NCBI GenBank assembly: GCA_900234795.1 | Contig: LT962688.1 | Coordinates: 4,320,001-4,352,000 of the forward strand | DNA length: 32,000 bases | Source of the DNA: Methylorubrum extorquens | GTDB lineage: Bacteria; Pseudomonadota; Alphaproteobacteria; Rhizobiales; Beijerinckiaceae | Direction: 5' to 3' | Shown: piece after piece, positions 17,632 to 23,927 of the stretch | How positions within the stretch are numbered: position 1 is the first letter of the stretch | Layout: every line of letters starts with the position of its first letter | Made by a program: the position numbers and the translations under genes | The notes under the pieces: generated by a model | Database searches by the model: none | The model's input: the letters and a program-made list of their open reading frames with translations, nothing else | What the model was told of the DNA's origin: nothing

Positions 17632-18714
17632 ATGGCCGACACGACCCCGAGCCTTGCCCTGCCGCTGATCGCGGGAGGGCAGGCGCAGAAGCACGTCACC
17701 CACAACGAGGCCCTGGCGCTGCTCGACGCGCTGGTGCAACTCGCCGTCCTCGACAAGGACCGGGCCGCCCCACCCGCGAGCCCCGCCGAGGGCGACCGCT
17801 ACCTGATCGTCTCGGGCAACCCGAGCGGGGCCTGGACCGGCTGGGCCGGGCGCATCGCCCGCTTCCAGGACGGTGCGTGGCTGTCCCTCAAGCCGCTTGC
17901 GGGCTGGACGGCCTATGTCGCCGACGAGGCCGAACTCTATACCTTCACCGGCTCGGCCTGGATGCCGTTCCGCGCGACGATCACCGCCCTGGACAATCTG
18001 ACCCGCCTCGGGCTCGGCACCGGGGCGGATGCGGACAATCCCTTCGCGGCCAAGCTCAACAAGGCGCTCTGGACCGCGCTGACGGTCGCGGAGGGCGGCA
18101 GCGGCGATCTGCGCTACACCCTGAACAAGCAGGCGGCCGGCAACACCCTCTCCCTGCTGATGCAGACCGGGTTCTCCGCCCGCGCCGAGATCGGCCTGAC
18201 CGGCGACGACGACCTTCGTGTGAAGGTCTCCCCGAATGGCGGCGACTGGTTCGAGGCGCTGCGGATCGGGCGCGAGACGGGGCGGGTCGCCTTTCCCGGT
18301 CGGATCACCGTCGCGGACGTGCCGGTTCTGACGGCACAGGTGATCGCCGGCAACAGCGGGCCGGGCTCCATCCCGGCCGGGGCGACGCGGTACTTCACCA
18401 ACGCCCTCGTCGGCGGCCACCCCAGCGTGGTCTACGCCGCCGCCGGCCGGCGGGGGCGGTTCCGCGATCTGCGGGTCGTGACGCAGGGCGCGCCGGGCGC
18501 CGGTCAGAGCTGGACCGTCACGCTCCAGAACCTGTTCACCGGCACGGCCCTGACCTGCACGATCGCCGGCGCCGGTTCCAACCAAGCGGCCGACCTCGTC
18601 AACAGCGCCGTCTTCGAGGCGGCGGACCGCTGGTGCCTCAAGATCGTGTCGAGCAGCGGGGCGCAGCCCACGACCAACATCCTGTTCTCGCTGCTGTTCG
18701 AGGGCCTGGATTAG
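17632..18714 (+). CDS. DUF2793-like protein, putative GTA tail fibre / receptor-binding protein
   Basis: 360 aa. The N-terminal motif LALPLIAGGQAQKHVTHNEALALLDALVQLAV...PPASPAEGDRYLI...W is characteristic of DUF2793. It sits immediately after g15. Confidence 0.78.
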   Translation: MADTTPSLALPLIAGGQAQKHVTHNEALALLDALVQLAVLDKDRAAPPASPAEGDRYLIVSGNPSGAWTGWAGRIARFQDGAWLSLKPLAGWTAYVADEAELYTFTGSAWMPFRATITALDNLTRLGLGTGADADNPFAAKLNKALWTALTVAEGGSGDLRYTLNKQAAGNTLSLLMQTGFSARAEIGLTGDDDLRVKVSPNGGDWFEALRIGRETGRVAFPGRITVADVPVLTAQVIAGNSGPGSIPAGATRYFTNALVGGHPSVVYAAAGRRGRFRDLRVVTQGAPGAGQSWTVTLQNLFTGTALTCTIAGAGSNQAADLVNSAVFEAADRWCLKIVSSSGAQPTTNILFSLLFEGLD

Positions 18715-18715
18715 A

Positions 18716-18759
18716 GCGCATTCCGACGAAGTGCTGACCGGTTCGTCGAAAGAATGCGC
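18716..18759 (+). terminator. long imperfect hairpin directly after the DUF2793 stop; candidate end of the GTA operon
   Basis: GCGCATTCCGACGAA (18716-18730) pairs with TTCGTCG (18742-18748) and GAATGCGC (18752-18759). The stem has a 3-nt bulge and an 11-nt loop. There is no U-tract. Confidence 0.4.
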
Positions 18760-18834
18760 GGTAAAACAATGACCTAGAGACGCCGGCCGCCGAGCCCGCC
18801 CCTCGACCCATCCCCTCAAGACCGGAGATTGACG

Positions 18835-19398
18835 ATGGACCTCAGTGCCGTCGGCCGCGCCGTGCTGATCGCCCGGGAGGGGCGACGGTTGGAAGCCTAC
18901 CGCGACAGCGTGGGGGTCTGGACCATCGGCATCGGCCACACCGCCGCCGCCGGGCCGCCCGTGCCGCGGGCGGGCCTGCGCATCGAGGCCGGGGAGGCGG
19001 ACGCGATCTTCACCCGCGACGTGGCGGCCTTCGTCCGCACCGTCGCCGAGACGATTCCCGAGCCGCTGCCGCAGCACGCCTTCGACGCGCTGGTCTCGCT
19101 TTGCTTCAACATCGGCCCGGCGGCGTTCCGGCGCTCCACGGTGCTGCGGCGCCTGCGGGCCGGCGACCGGGCGGGCGCGGGCGAAGCGATCCTGATGTGG
19201 AACCGCCCGGCCGCGATCATCCCCCGTCGACAGGGCGAGTTCGACCAGTTCCACACGCCCTACGAAACCGCCCTGCCGCGCGCCCGACGCAGCGATGCGC
19301 AACCCGTCGCCGCCCCCGTCGAACGCCCATCCTCGCCGTCCAGCGCGCGGCCCGGCTGGCGCGCGCGCCTGTGGGACTGGCTGCGCGCCGGCCGCTGA
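18835..19398 (+). CDS. GH24 phage-type lysozyme (endolysin)
   Basis: ATG 18835 has GGAG 7 nt upstream. The catalytic E-x8-D-x5-T signature is present in EGRRLEAYRDSVGVWTIGIGHT. FDALVSLCFNIGPAAF is also present. No N-terminal signal or SAR segment is evident. Confidence 0.9.
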   Translation: MDLSAVGRAVLIAREGRRLEAYRDSVGVWTIGIGHTAAAGPPVPRAGLRIEAGEADAIFTRDVAAFVRTVAETIPEPLPQHAFDALVSLCFNIGPAAFRRSTVLRRLRAGDRAGAGEAILMWNRPAAIIPRRQGEFDQFHTPYETALPRARRSDAQPVAAPVERPSSPSSARPGWRARLWDWLRAGR

Positions 19399-19431
19399 CC
19401 GCTTCCCCCCGGCCCCGAAAGGATCGCTGCC

Positions 19432-20035
19432 ATGACGCCGACCAAGGTGACGCCCAACAAGGTCTTCGCTCGAAGCTTTGCCCGAACCATGGCCAGGGTC
19501 TTCCTTTTCAGACCCGTCCTGCTGCCGCTCCTCCTGCTCGGCTGCTGCGCGCCCGCGCACGCAACTGCGCTCCCCGCCGTCGACGCCGCCGCGCTGGTCC
19601 TGCCCTGGGGCGACGCCGTGGTGGCGCTCGCGCAGGGCGTGTCCGCGCTGCTCACGCCGGTGCTCGTCGCCGCGTTCGCGGCAGTGCTCGCGCGGTTCGG
19701 CGGTCCCCTGCGCCTCCTCGTCACCGACGCGCTGGTCGAACGCCTCGTGCGCAACGCCACCGACTACGCCCTGAACGCCGTGGCCGGCGCCGTTCAAGGG
19801 CGCAGGCTGACCGTCTCCGTCGGCTCGGCGGTGATCGCGCGGGCCGTGCAGCGGGCGCTCGATCAGGCGCCGGCCTGGTTGATCCGGGCGGCGGGCGGCG
19901 GCGAGGGGGGTTGCGGAGAAGGTGTTCCGGTCCCTGCCCCTGGAAGCGGCGGCGACCGCCGGCAACACCCTCCAACCCGCTCTGGAACACGCCCTGGGGC
20001 AAGGGTCCGCGCGCGAGACCCGCAAGGCCGTCTGA
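19432..20035 (+). pseudogene. membrane protein with lipobox-like signal (LLLGCC) and hydrophobic helices, holin-like by position; apparent +1 frameshift in a G6 run
   Basis: ATG is at 19432 (AAAGGA upstream) or 19489. GC3 bias follows frame 1 up to the G6 run at 19905-19910. It then switches to frame 2 (VAEKVFRSLPLEAAATAGNTLQPALEHALGQGSARETRKAV), ending at TGA 20033-20035. The frame-1 continuation to 20709 has poor GC3. Confidence 0.5.
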
Positions 20036-20084
20036 TCGTCCGGTATCGCGCAAGACCGGAGCCGAGAATCCGGGAGGCGTTGCA

Positions 20085-20438
20085 ATGGACAAGATCGCAG
20101 CGGAAGCCGCGCGCCTCCTCTTCGCCGACGGGGGCGCCGGCTGGATCGTCGCGGTGCTGCTGGGGCTGGCCTGCCTCCACCTCTACCGGGACGGCCTGCG
20201 CGTGCTGGAAGCCCGCATCACCGAGACGGGCGCCACCGCCGCGGCGCTGGAGCGCGCCTCGCAGACCAACGCGGCGGTGGCCGCCGCCCTGGAGAGCCGC
20301 ACCCGCGTGCTGGAGGATCTGGTCCGGCTCACGGGCGAGACCGCCGGGGCCGTCGCGCGCAGCGACGAGCGCGCGCGGGAGCGGTTCGAGGATCTCCTGC
20401 GGCGCATCGGCGAGTTGCAGCACCGGCCGAATCTCTGA
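20085..20438 (+). CDS. N-terminally anchored coiled-coil protein (i-spanin-like architecture)
   Basis: ATG 20085 has GGGAGG 7 nt upstream. 117 aa. One TM segment (GWIVAVLLGLACLHLY) is followed by an A/E/R-rich helical region. GC3 is high. Confidence 0.62.
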   Translation: MDKIAAEAARLLFADGGAGWIVAVLLGLACLHLYRDGLRVLEARITETGATAAALERASQTNAAVAAALESRTRVLEDLVRLTGETAGAVARSDERARERFEDLLRRIGELQHRPNL

Positions 20439-20459
20439 CTCGGTCATAGGGAGTCACCC

Positions 20460-20709
20460 ATGCCTGCCCCTACCGCCTCCGCCCCTGCTGCCGCCGTCCC
20501 GGATGGGACCGGCTCGCAGGCCTCGCGCCGAAGCCGGTCCCGTGCCGCCGCCGGCCGCCTGGAAGCGGCGCGCCACGGCTTCGAACGCTCCCCTGATCAC
20601 GCTGCGCCGGGCCGCCCTCGACGCCATCGACAGCGGCGATCTGGCGTGCCTGACCCTGCGGGTGTGCGGTGACCGCCGCCGGCACGCCGGCGGAGAGGGG
20701 GCGGCGTGA
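20460..20709 (+). CDS. small hypothetical protein; reading frame ambiguous (possible shift at C4 20590-20593)
   Basis: ATG 20460 has a strong AGGGAG 6 nt upstream. After about 20592 the GC3 bias moves to the +1 frame (LITLRRAALDAIDSGDLACLTLRVCG...), which ends at TGA 20707-20709. Confidence 0.3.
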
Positions 20710-20847
20710 GGCGTGCGCAGTCATGCCCACGGAACCGCGGCGGCGATCCCGCCTTGTCCCCGGCAACATCGCCGACCCGGACATGGCCCTCGAACGCAAG
20801 ACATCATCTCCGGCCGCTTCCCCACCGAGTGCGCCCGCGCTCGCAAA

Positions 20848-20869
20848 CATTCAGGGCGCATTCAGTGCG
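20848..20869 (+). promoter_or_regulatory. tandem 11-bp direct repeat CATTCAGGGCG/CATTCAGTGCG upstream of the PepSY-RR-HK genes
   Basis: Two adjacent 11-bp units match at 10 of 11 positions, 22 bp upstream of ATG 20891. The one-helical-turn spacing fits OmpR/PhoB-type regulator sites. Function is not shown. Confidence 0.25.
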
Positions 20870-20890
20870 CTGGCGCGACAGTCACCCTCG

Positions 20891-21263
20891 ATGCGCCAAG
20901 CTTTCGCCCTGTTGATCGTCGTCTCGACCGCCGCGGTCCTCGCGGCGGGGGCGGTCGGCCCGCTCGCCGAGGAAACCGGTGCCCTGGCGCCCGTCCCGGC
21001 GCAGCGGGCGCCGCTGAATCGCGGCGACGATTGCCTGTCGCCGGCCGACCTGCGCGAGGCGGTGGCCGAAAAAGCGCGTCGTACCGCCCATCGCCGCGAT
21101 CCGCGCGGCGCGCCAGATCGTTCCGCGGGCCGAGATCCAGCGCGCCAGCCTGTGCCGGCACGAAGCGGGGCTCGTCTATCTACTGACGGCCTTGCGTCGT
21201 GATGGGCATTTCATGCACGTCATGGTCGATGCCCAATCGGGACAGGTGAGCGGGCATTGGTAA
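20891..21263 (+). pseudogene. small secreted PepSY-like protein, apparent +1 frameshift in an A5 run
   Basis: The signal-like N-terminus MRQAFALLIVVSTAAVLAAGAVG...CLSPADLREAVAEK is in frame 2 up to A5 (21069-21073). The sequence then continues in frame 0 as RVVPPIAAIRAARQIVPRAEIQRASLCRHEAGLVYLLTALRRDGHFMHVMVDAQSGQVSGHW to TAA 21261-21263. The joined product of about 123 aa is typical of PepSY_2-type proteins found upstream of two-component systems. Confidence 0.68.
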
Positions 21264-21301
21264 GCGTGGCGGTGCGCCGCCGGGATGAGGAGTAACCGAC
21301 C

Positions 21302-21979
21302 GTGCGTCTGCTCGTGGTCGAGGATGACCGTGACATCAACCGGCAGGTCGTGGCCGCGTTGGAAGAGGCCGGCTACGTCGCCGACAAGGCCTTCGATGGC
21401 GAGGAGGGCGGCTATCTCGGCGAGAACGAGCCCTACGACGCCATCATTCTCGACATGGGCTTGCCCAAGGCCGACGGCGTCACCGTGCTCCAGAACTGGC
21501 GCCGGGCCGGGGTGAAGACCCCCGTCATCATCCTGACCGCCCGCGACCGCTGGTCCGACAAGGTGGACGGCTTCGATGCGGGCGCCGACGACTACGTCAC
21601 CAAGCCCTTCCACATGGAGGAGCTGATGGCCCGCGTCCGCGCGATCCTTCGCCGCGCGGCCGGCCATGCGTCGAGCCAGATCGCCTGCGGCCCCGTCACC
21701 CTGGACACCCGCTCGGGTCGCGTCTTCGTGGACGGCGCCCCGATCAAGTTGACGAGCCACGAATACCGGCTGCTCTCCTACCTGATGCACCACACCGGCC
21801 GCGTCGTCTCCCGCGCCGAGCTGACCGAGCACCTCTACGACCAGGATTTCGACCGCGACTCCAACACCATCGAGGTGTTCGTCGGGCGTCTGAGGAAGAA
21901 GCTCGCCGTGGACCTGATCCAGACGGTACGGGGGCTGGGCTACCTGATTGATCCGAACCAGCCGCCGGGGCGGGCGTGA
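21302..21979 (+). CDS. OmpR/PhoB-family DNA-binding response regulator
   Basis: 225 aa with a GTG start. Receiver motifs are LLVVEDD, ILDMGLPKADG (phospho-acceptor Asp) and KPF. The C-terminal winged helix shows LTSHEYRLLSYLM and VRGLGY. Confidence 0.95.
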   Translation: MRLLVVEDDRDINRQVVAALEEAGYVADKAFDGEEGGYLGENEPYDAIILDMGLPKADGVTVLQNWRRAGVKTPVIILTARDRWSDKVDGFDAGADDYVTKPFHMEELMARVRAILRRAAGHASSQIACGPVTLDTRSGRVFVDGAPIKLTSHEYRLLSYLMHHTGRVVSRAELTEHLYDQDFDRDSNTIEVFVGRLRKKLAVDLIQTVRGLGYLIDPNQPPGRA

Positions 21980-21983
21980 GACC

Positions 21984-22273
21984 CTATGGGCCGCCGAGAT
22001 CGGTGAACGCGAAATCCGCGCCCTTGTAGAGGAGCGGCACGCCGTGTTTCTGCGCGACCGCGTAGGCGAAGCCGTCGCCCACAGTGAGGCGGGCCGCGCG
22101 GCCACGCGCTCGTGCAGAGGTTTCAGCCGAACCCACAAGCCGGGGCGACGCTCCTCCCGCTCCAACTCGTTGCGGACAGCGAGCTTGACGGCTTCCGTGA
22201 GTGGAACGCCCTTCCGCTTGGCCAAGAGGCGGACGATGCGGTCCGTCTCCGCAGCGCCGATGTGCAGGGCCAT
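21984..22273 (-). pseudogene. vapB-vapC toxin-antitoxin remnant (truncated VapB-type antitoxin fused out of frame to the last ~33 codons of a PIN-domain VapC)
   Basis: From ATG 22271-22273 (GAGG 5 nt upstream) the sequence reads MALHIGAAETDRIVRLLAKRKGVPLTEAVKLAVRNELEREERRP...HERVAARPA, an Rv0623/VapB-like N-terminus. From about 22091 a different frame reads LTVGDGFAYAVAQKHGVPLLYKGADFAFTDLGGP* (stop 21984-21986), a typical VapC C-terminus. The roughly 100 N-terminal VapC codons are absent. Confidence 0.65.
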
Positions 22274-22310
22274 AAGCGCCTCGCTGGCGGGCAGTGTAGA
22301 AAGCCGGTGC

Positions 22311-22325
22311 GCATGATGTACATGC
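22311..22325. promoter_or_regulatory. inverted repeat GCATG-N5-CATGC (core ATGTACAT) upstream of the vapB remnant; possible former antitoxin operator
   Basis: The perfect 8-bp palindrome ATGTACAT lies at 22316-22323 within GCATGATGTACATGC, about 40 bp upstream of the vapB start on the minus strand. Confidence 0.2.
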
Positions 22326-22365
22326 CCGCAAAGTTGCGAGCGAGCCGAGATTCGAGCCAGGACGC

Positions 22366-23781
22366 ATGACCGACCGCCTCGCCTGGCTCCCCTTGCGCCG
22401 CCGCTCCATCGCGGTACGGCTCGCGGTCTCCTCGTTCCTGTCGAGCACCGCAATCCTCGTCATCGCGGCCTTCATCCTCACCACGCTCTACCGCGAGAAC
22501 ACCGAGCGCGCCTTCGACAGCCGCCTGCTCGTCTTCGCCAACAACCTCGCCACCGATCTCGTCTCGCCGAGCGATCCTGAGACACGCTCCTTCTCGCTCG
22601 GCGATCCGCGTTTCGACCTGCCGCTGTCGGGGTGGTACTGGCAGGTCGGGCGGCCCGATGCGAAGCCGCGGGACCTGCGCACCTCGCGCTCGCTCGTCGG
22701 CGTGCCGCTGAAAGGGCCGGATCAGGCCGGCACCGCGACCGTCGGCCAGATCCGCCAGGGCTACGGCCGGGGGCAGGACGACCGCAGCCTGCGCATCGTC
22801 GAGCGCGACGTCGATGTCGGGGCCGACGGACGCTACACCGTGCGGGTGGCGGGGCCGGCGGACGAGATCGTCAACGACGTCGAGCGCTTCCGCTTCTCGC
22901 TGTTCATGACCTTCGGCCTGCTCGGCTTCTCGCTCGCGGCGACCGCGCTGCTGCAGATCCGCTTCGGCCTCGCCCCCTTGCGCAAGCTGCGCACGGCGCT
23001 CGGCTCGATCCGCCGCGGCGAGGCCGACCGGATCGACGGCGAGTATCCGCGCGACATCGCGCCGCTGGCCGGCGAGATCAATCTGCTCATCGAGACCAAC
23101 CGCGAGATCCTGGAGCGGGCCCGCACCCAGGTCGGCAACCTCGCCCACGCGTTGAAGACCCCGCTCTCGATCATCGTCAACGAGGCCGGCGGCAGCGACG
23201 CTCCGCCGGAGCTGTCGGAGAAGATCCGCGAGCAGGCCGCGGTGATGCGCGATCAAGTGAACTATCACCTCGACCGTGCCCGCGCCGCCGCGCTCGCCGG
23301 CACCCTCGGCACCTCGACGGAGGTCGAGCCGGCGCTGGCCGGCCTCGTGCGGACCTTCGGCAAGATCTACCGCGACAAGGACATCGCCTACGAGGTCCAC
23401 GTCCCGCCCGGCCTGCGCTTCCGCGGCGAGAAGCAGGATTTCGAGGAGATGATCGGCAACCTCGTCGACAACGCCTCGAAATGGGCGACGGGCCGGGTCT
23501 CGATTTCCGCCGCGCCGACGGCCGAGCACGATTATCCCCACCTCCTCGTGGCGGTGGAGGATGACGGGCCGGGTCTGCCCGAGGAGGACCGCGCGGCGGT
23601 GCTCAAGCGAGGCCAGCGTCTCGACGAGACCAAGCCGGGCTCCGGGCTCGGCCTGTCGATCGTCGCGGATCTGGCCGCGCTCTATCGCGGCCGCTTCCGC
23701 TTGGAGGCCGCCGCGCTCGGGGGCTTGCGCGCGGTGATCGAAGTGCCGGGCGACGCGCCCGCGGGGGGCGGACAACGCTGA
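22366..23781 (+). CDS. two-component sensor histidine kinase (two TM segments, HAMP, HisKA, HATPase_c)
   Basis: 471 aa. H-box is VGNLAHALKTPLSII, N-box NLVDNASKWA, G1 DDGPGL, G2 GSGLGLSIV. TM segments are near residues 15-40 and about 185-205. Confidence 0.92.
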   Translation: MTDRLAWLPLRRRSIAVRLAVSSFLSSTAILVIAAFILTTLYRENTERAFDSRLLVFANNLATDLVSPSDPETRSFSLGDPRFDLPLSGWYWQVGRPDAKPRDLRTSRSLVGVPLKGPDQAGTATVGQIRQGYGRGQDDRSLRIVERDVDVGADGRYTVRVAGPADEIVNDVERFRFSLFMTFGLLGFSLAATALLQIRFGLAPLRKLRTALGSIRRGEADRIDGEYPRDIAPLAGEINLLIETNREILERARTQVGNLAHALKTPLSIIVNEAGGSDAPPELSEKIREQAAVMRDQVNYHLDRARAAALAGTLGTSTEVEPALAGLVRTFGKIYRDKDIAYEVHVPPGLRFRGEKQDFEEMIGNLVDNASKWATGRVSISAAPTAEHDYPHLLVAVEDDGPGLPEEDRAAVLKRGQRLDETKPGSGLGLSIVADLAALYRGRFRLEAAALGGLRAVIEVPGDAPAGGGQR

Positions 23782-23927
23782 GCGGCGGGCCGCGCGAAGG
23801 TTACGCACCGGCAGGCCTGTGCTATGGCCATGCTTCCCTCGCGCGTGACGACGTGTCACCCGGAAGCGATGTCGTGCGGGCCCCGCTCGGGCTCTACACG
23901 GGGCCGAGCTTAAAAACTTTGGGTCTG

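Noticed and set aside
2104-18759. Could the phage-like block be an integrated prophage or other mobile element?
   Set aside because: The window has no integrase, recombinase, repressor, replication genes, tRNA target or flanking direct repeats. The tape measure is far too short for a normal siphovirus. The gene order matches the GTA paradigm.
15157-20085. A 1642-aa ORF on the minus strand, the longest in the track.
   Set aside because: It runs antisense to g15, the DUF2793 gene, the lysozyme and the membrane genes, all of which have recognisable motifs and strong GC3 bias on the plus strand. Its translation is Arg/Gly/Ala/Pro-rich with no motifs. This is the classic stop-codon-poor shadow frame of high-GC DNA.
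19432-20709. A 425-aa plus-strand ORF suggesting one large protein downstream of the lysozyme.
   Set aside because: Beyond about 19910 its third-position GC bias collapses. It also overlaps two other ORFs with strong Shine-Dalgarno sequences (20085 and 20460). I interpret it as a real ~200-aa gene with a frame break, followed by shadow.
21176-22453. A 425-aa minus-strand ORF spanning the response regulator locus.
   Set aside because: Only the segment from ATG 22273 to about 22088 looks like real protein, a VapB-like N-terminus. The rest is antisense to the well-supported response regulator and is an open shadow frame created by the vapBC deletion.
23781-23927. Hairpins after the kinase gene (GGCCCCG-N13-CGGGGCC) and after ccmI (CCCGCCCG-N16-CGGGCGGG, about 25541-25572) as terminators.
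   Set aside because: The loops are large, there are no U-tracts, and the GC-rich background makes such stems common. The evidence is too weak to list them as features.
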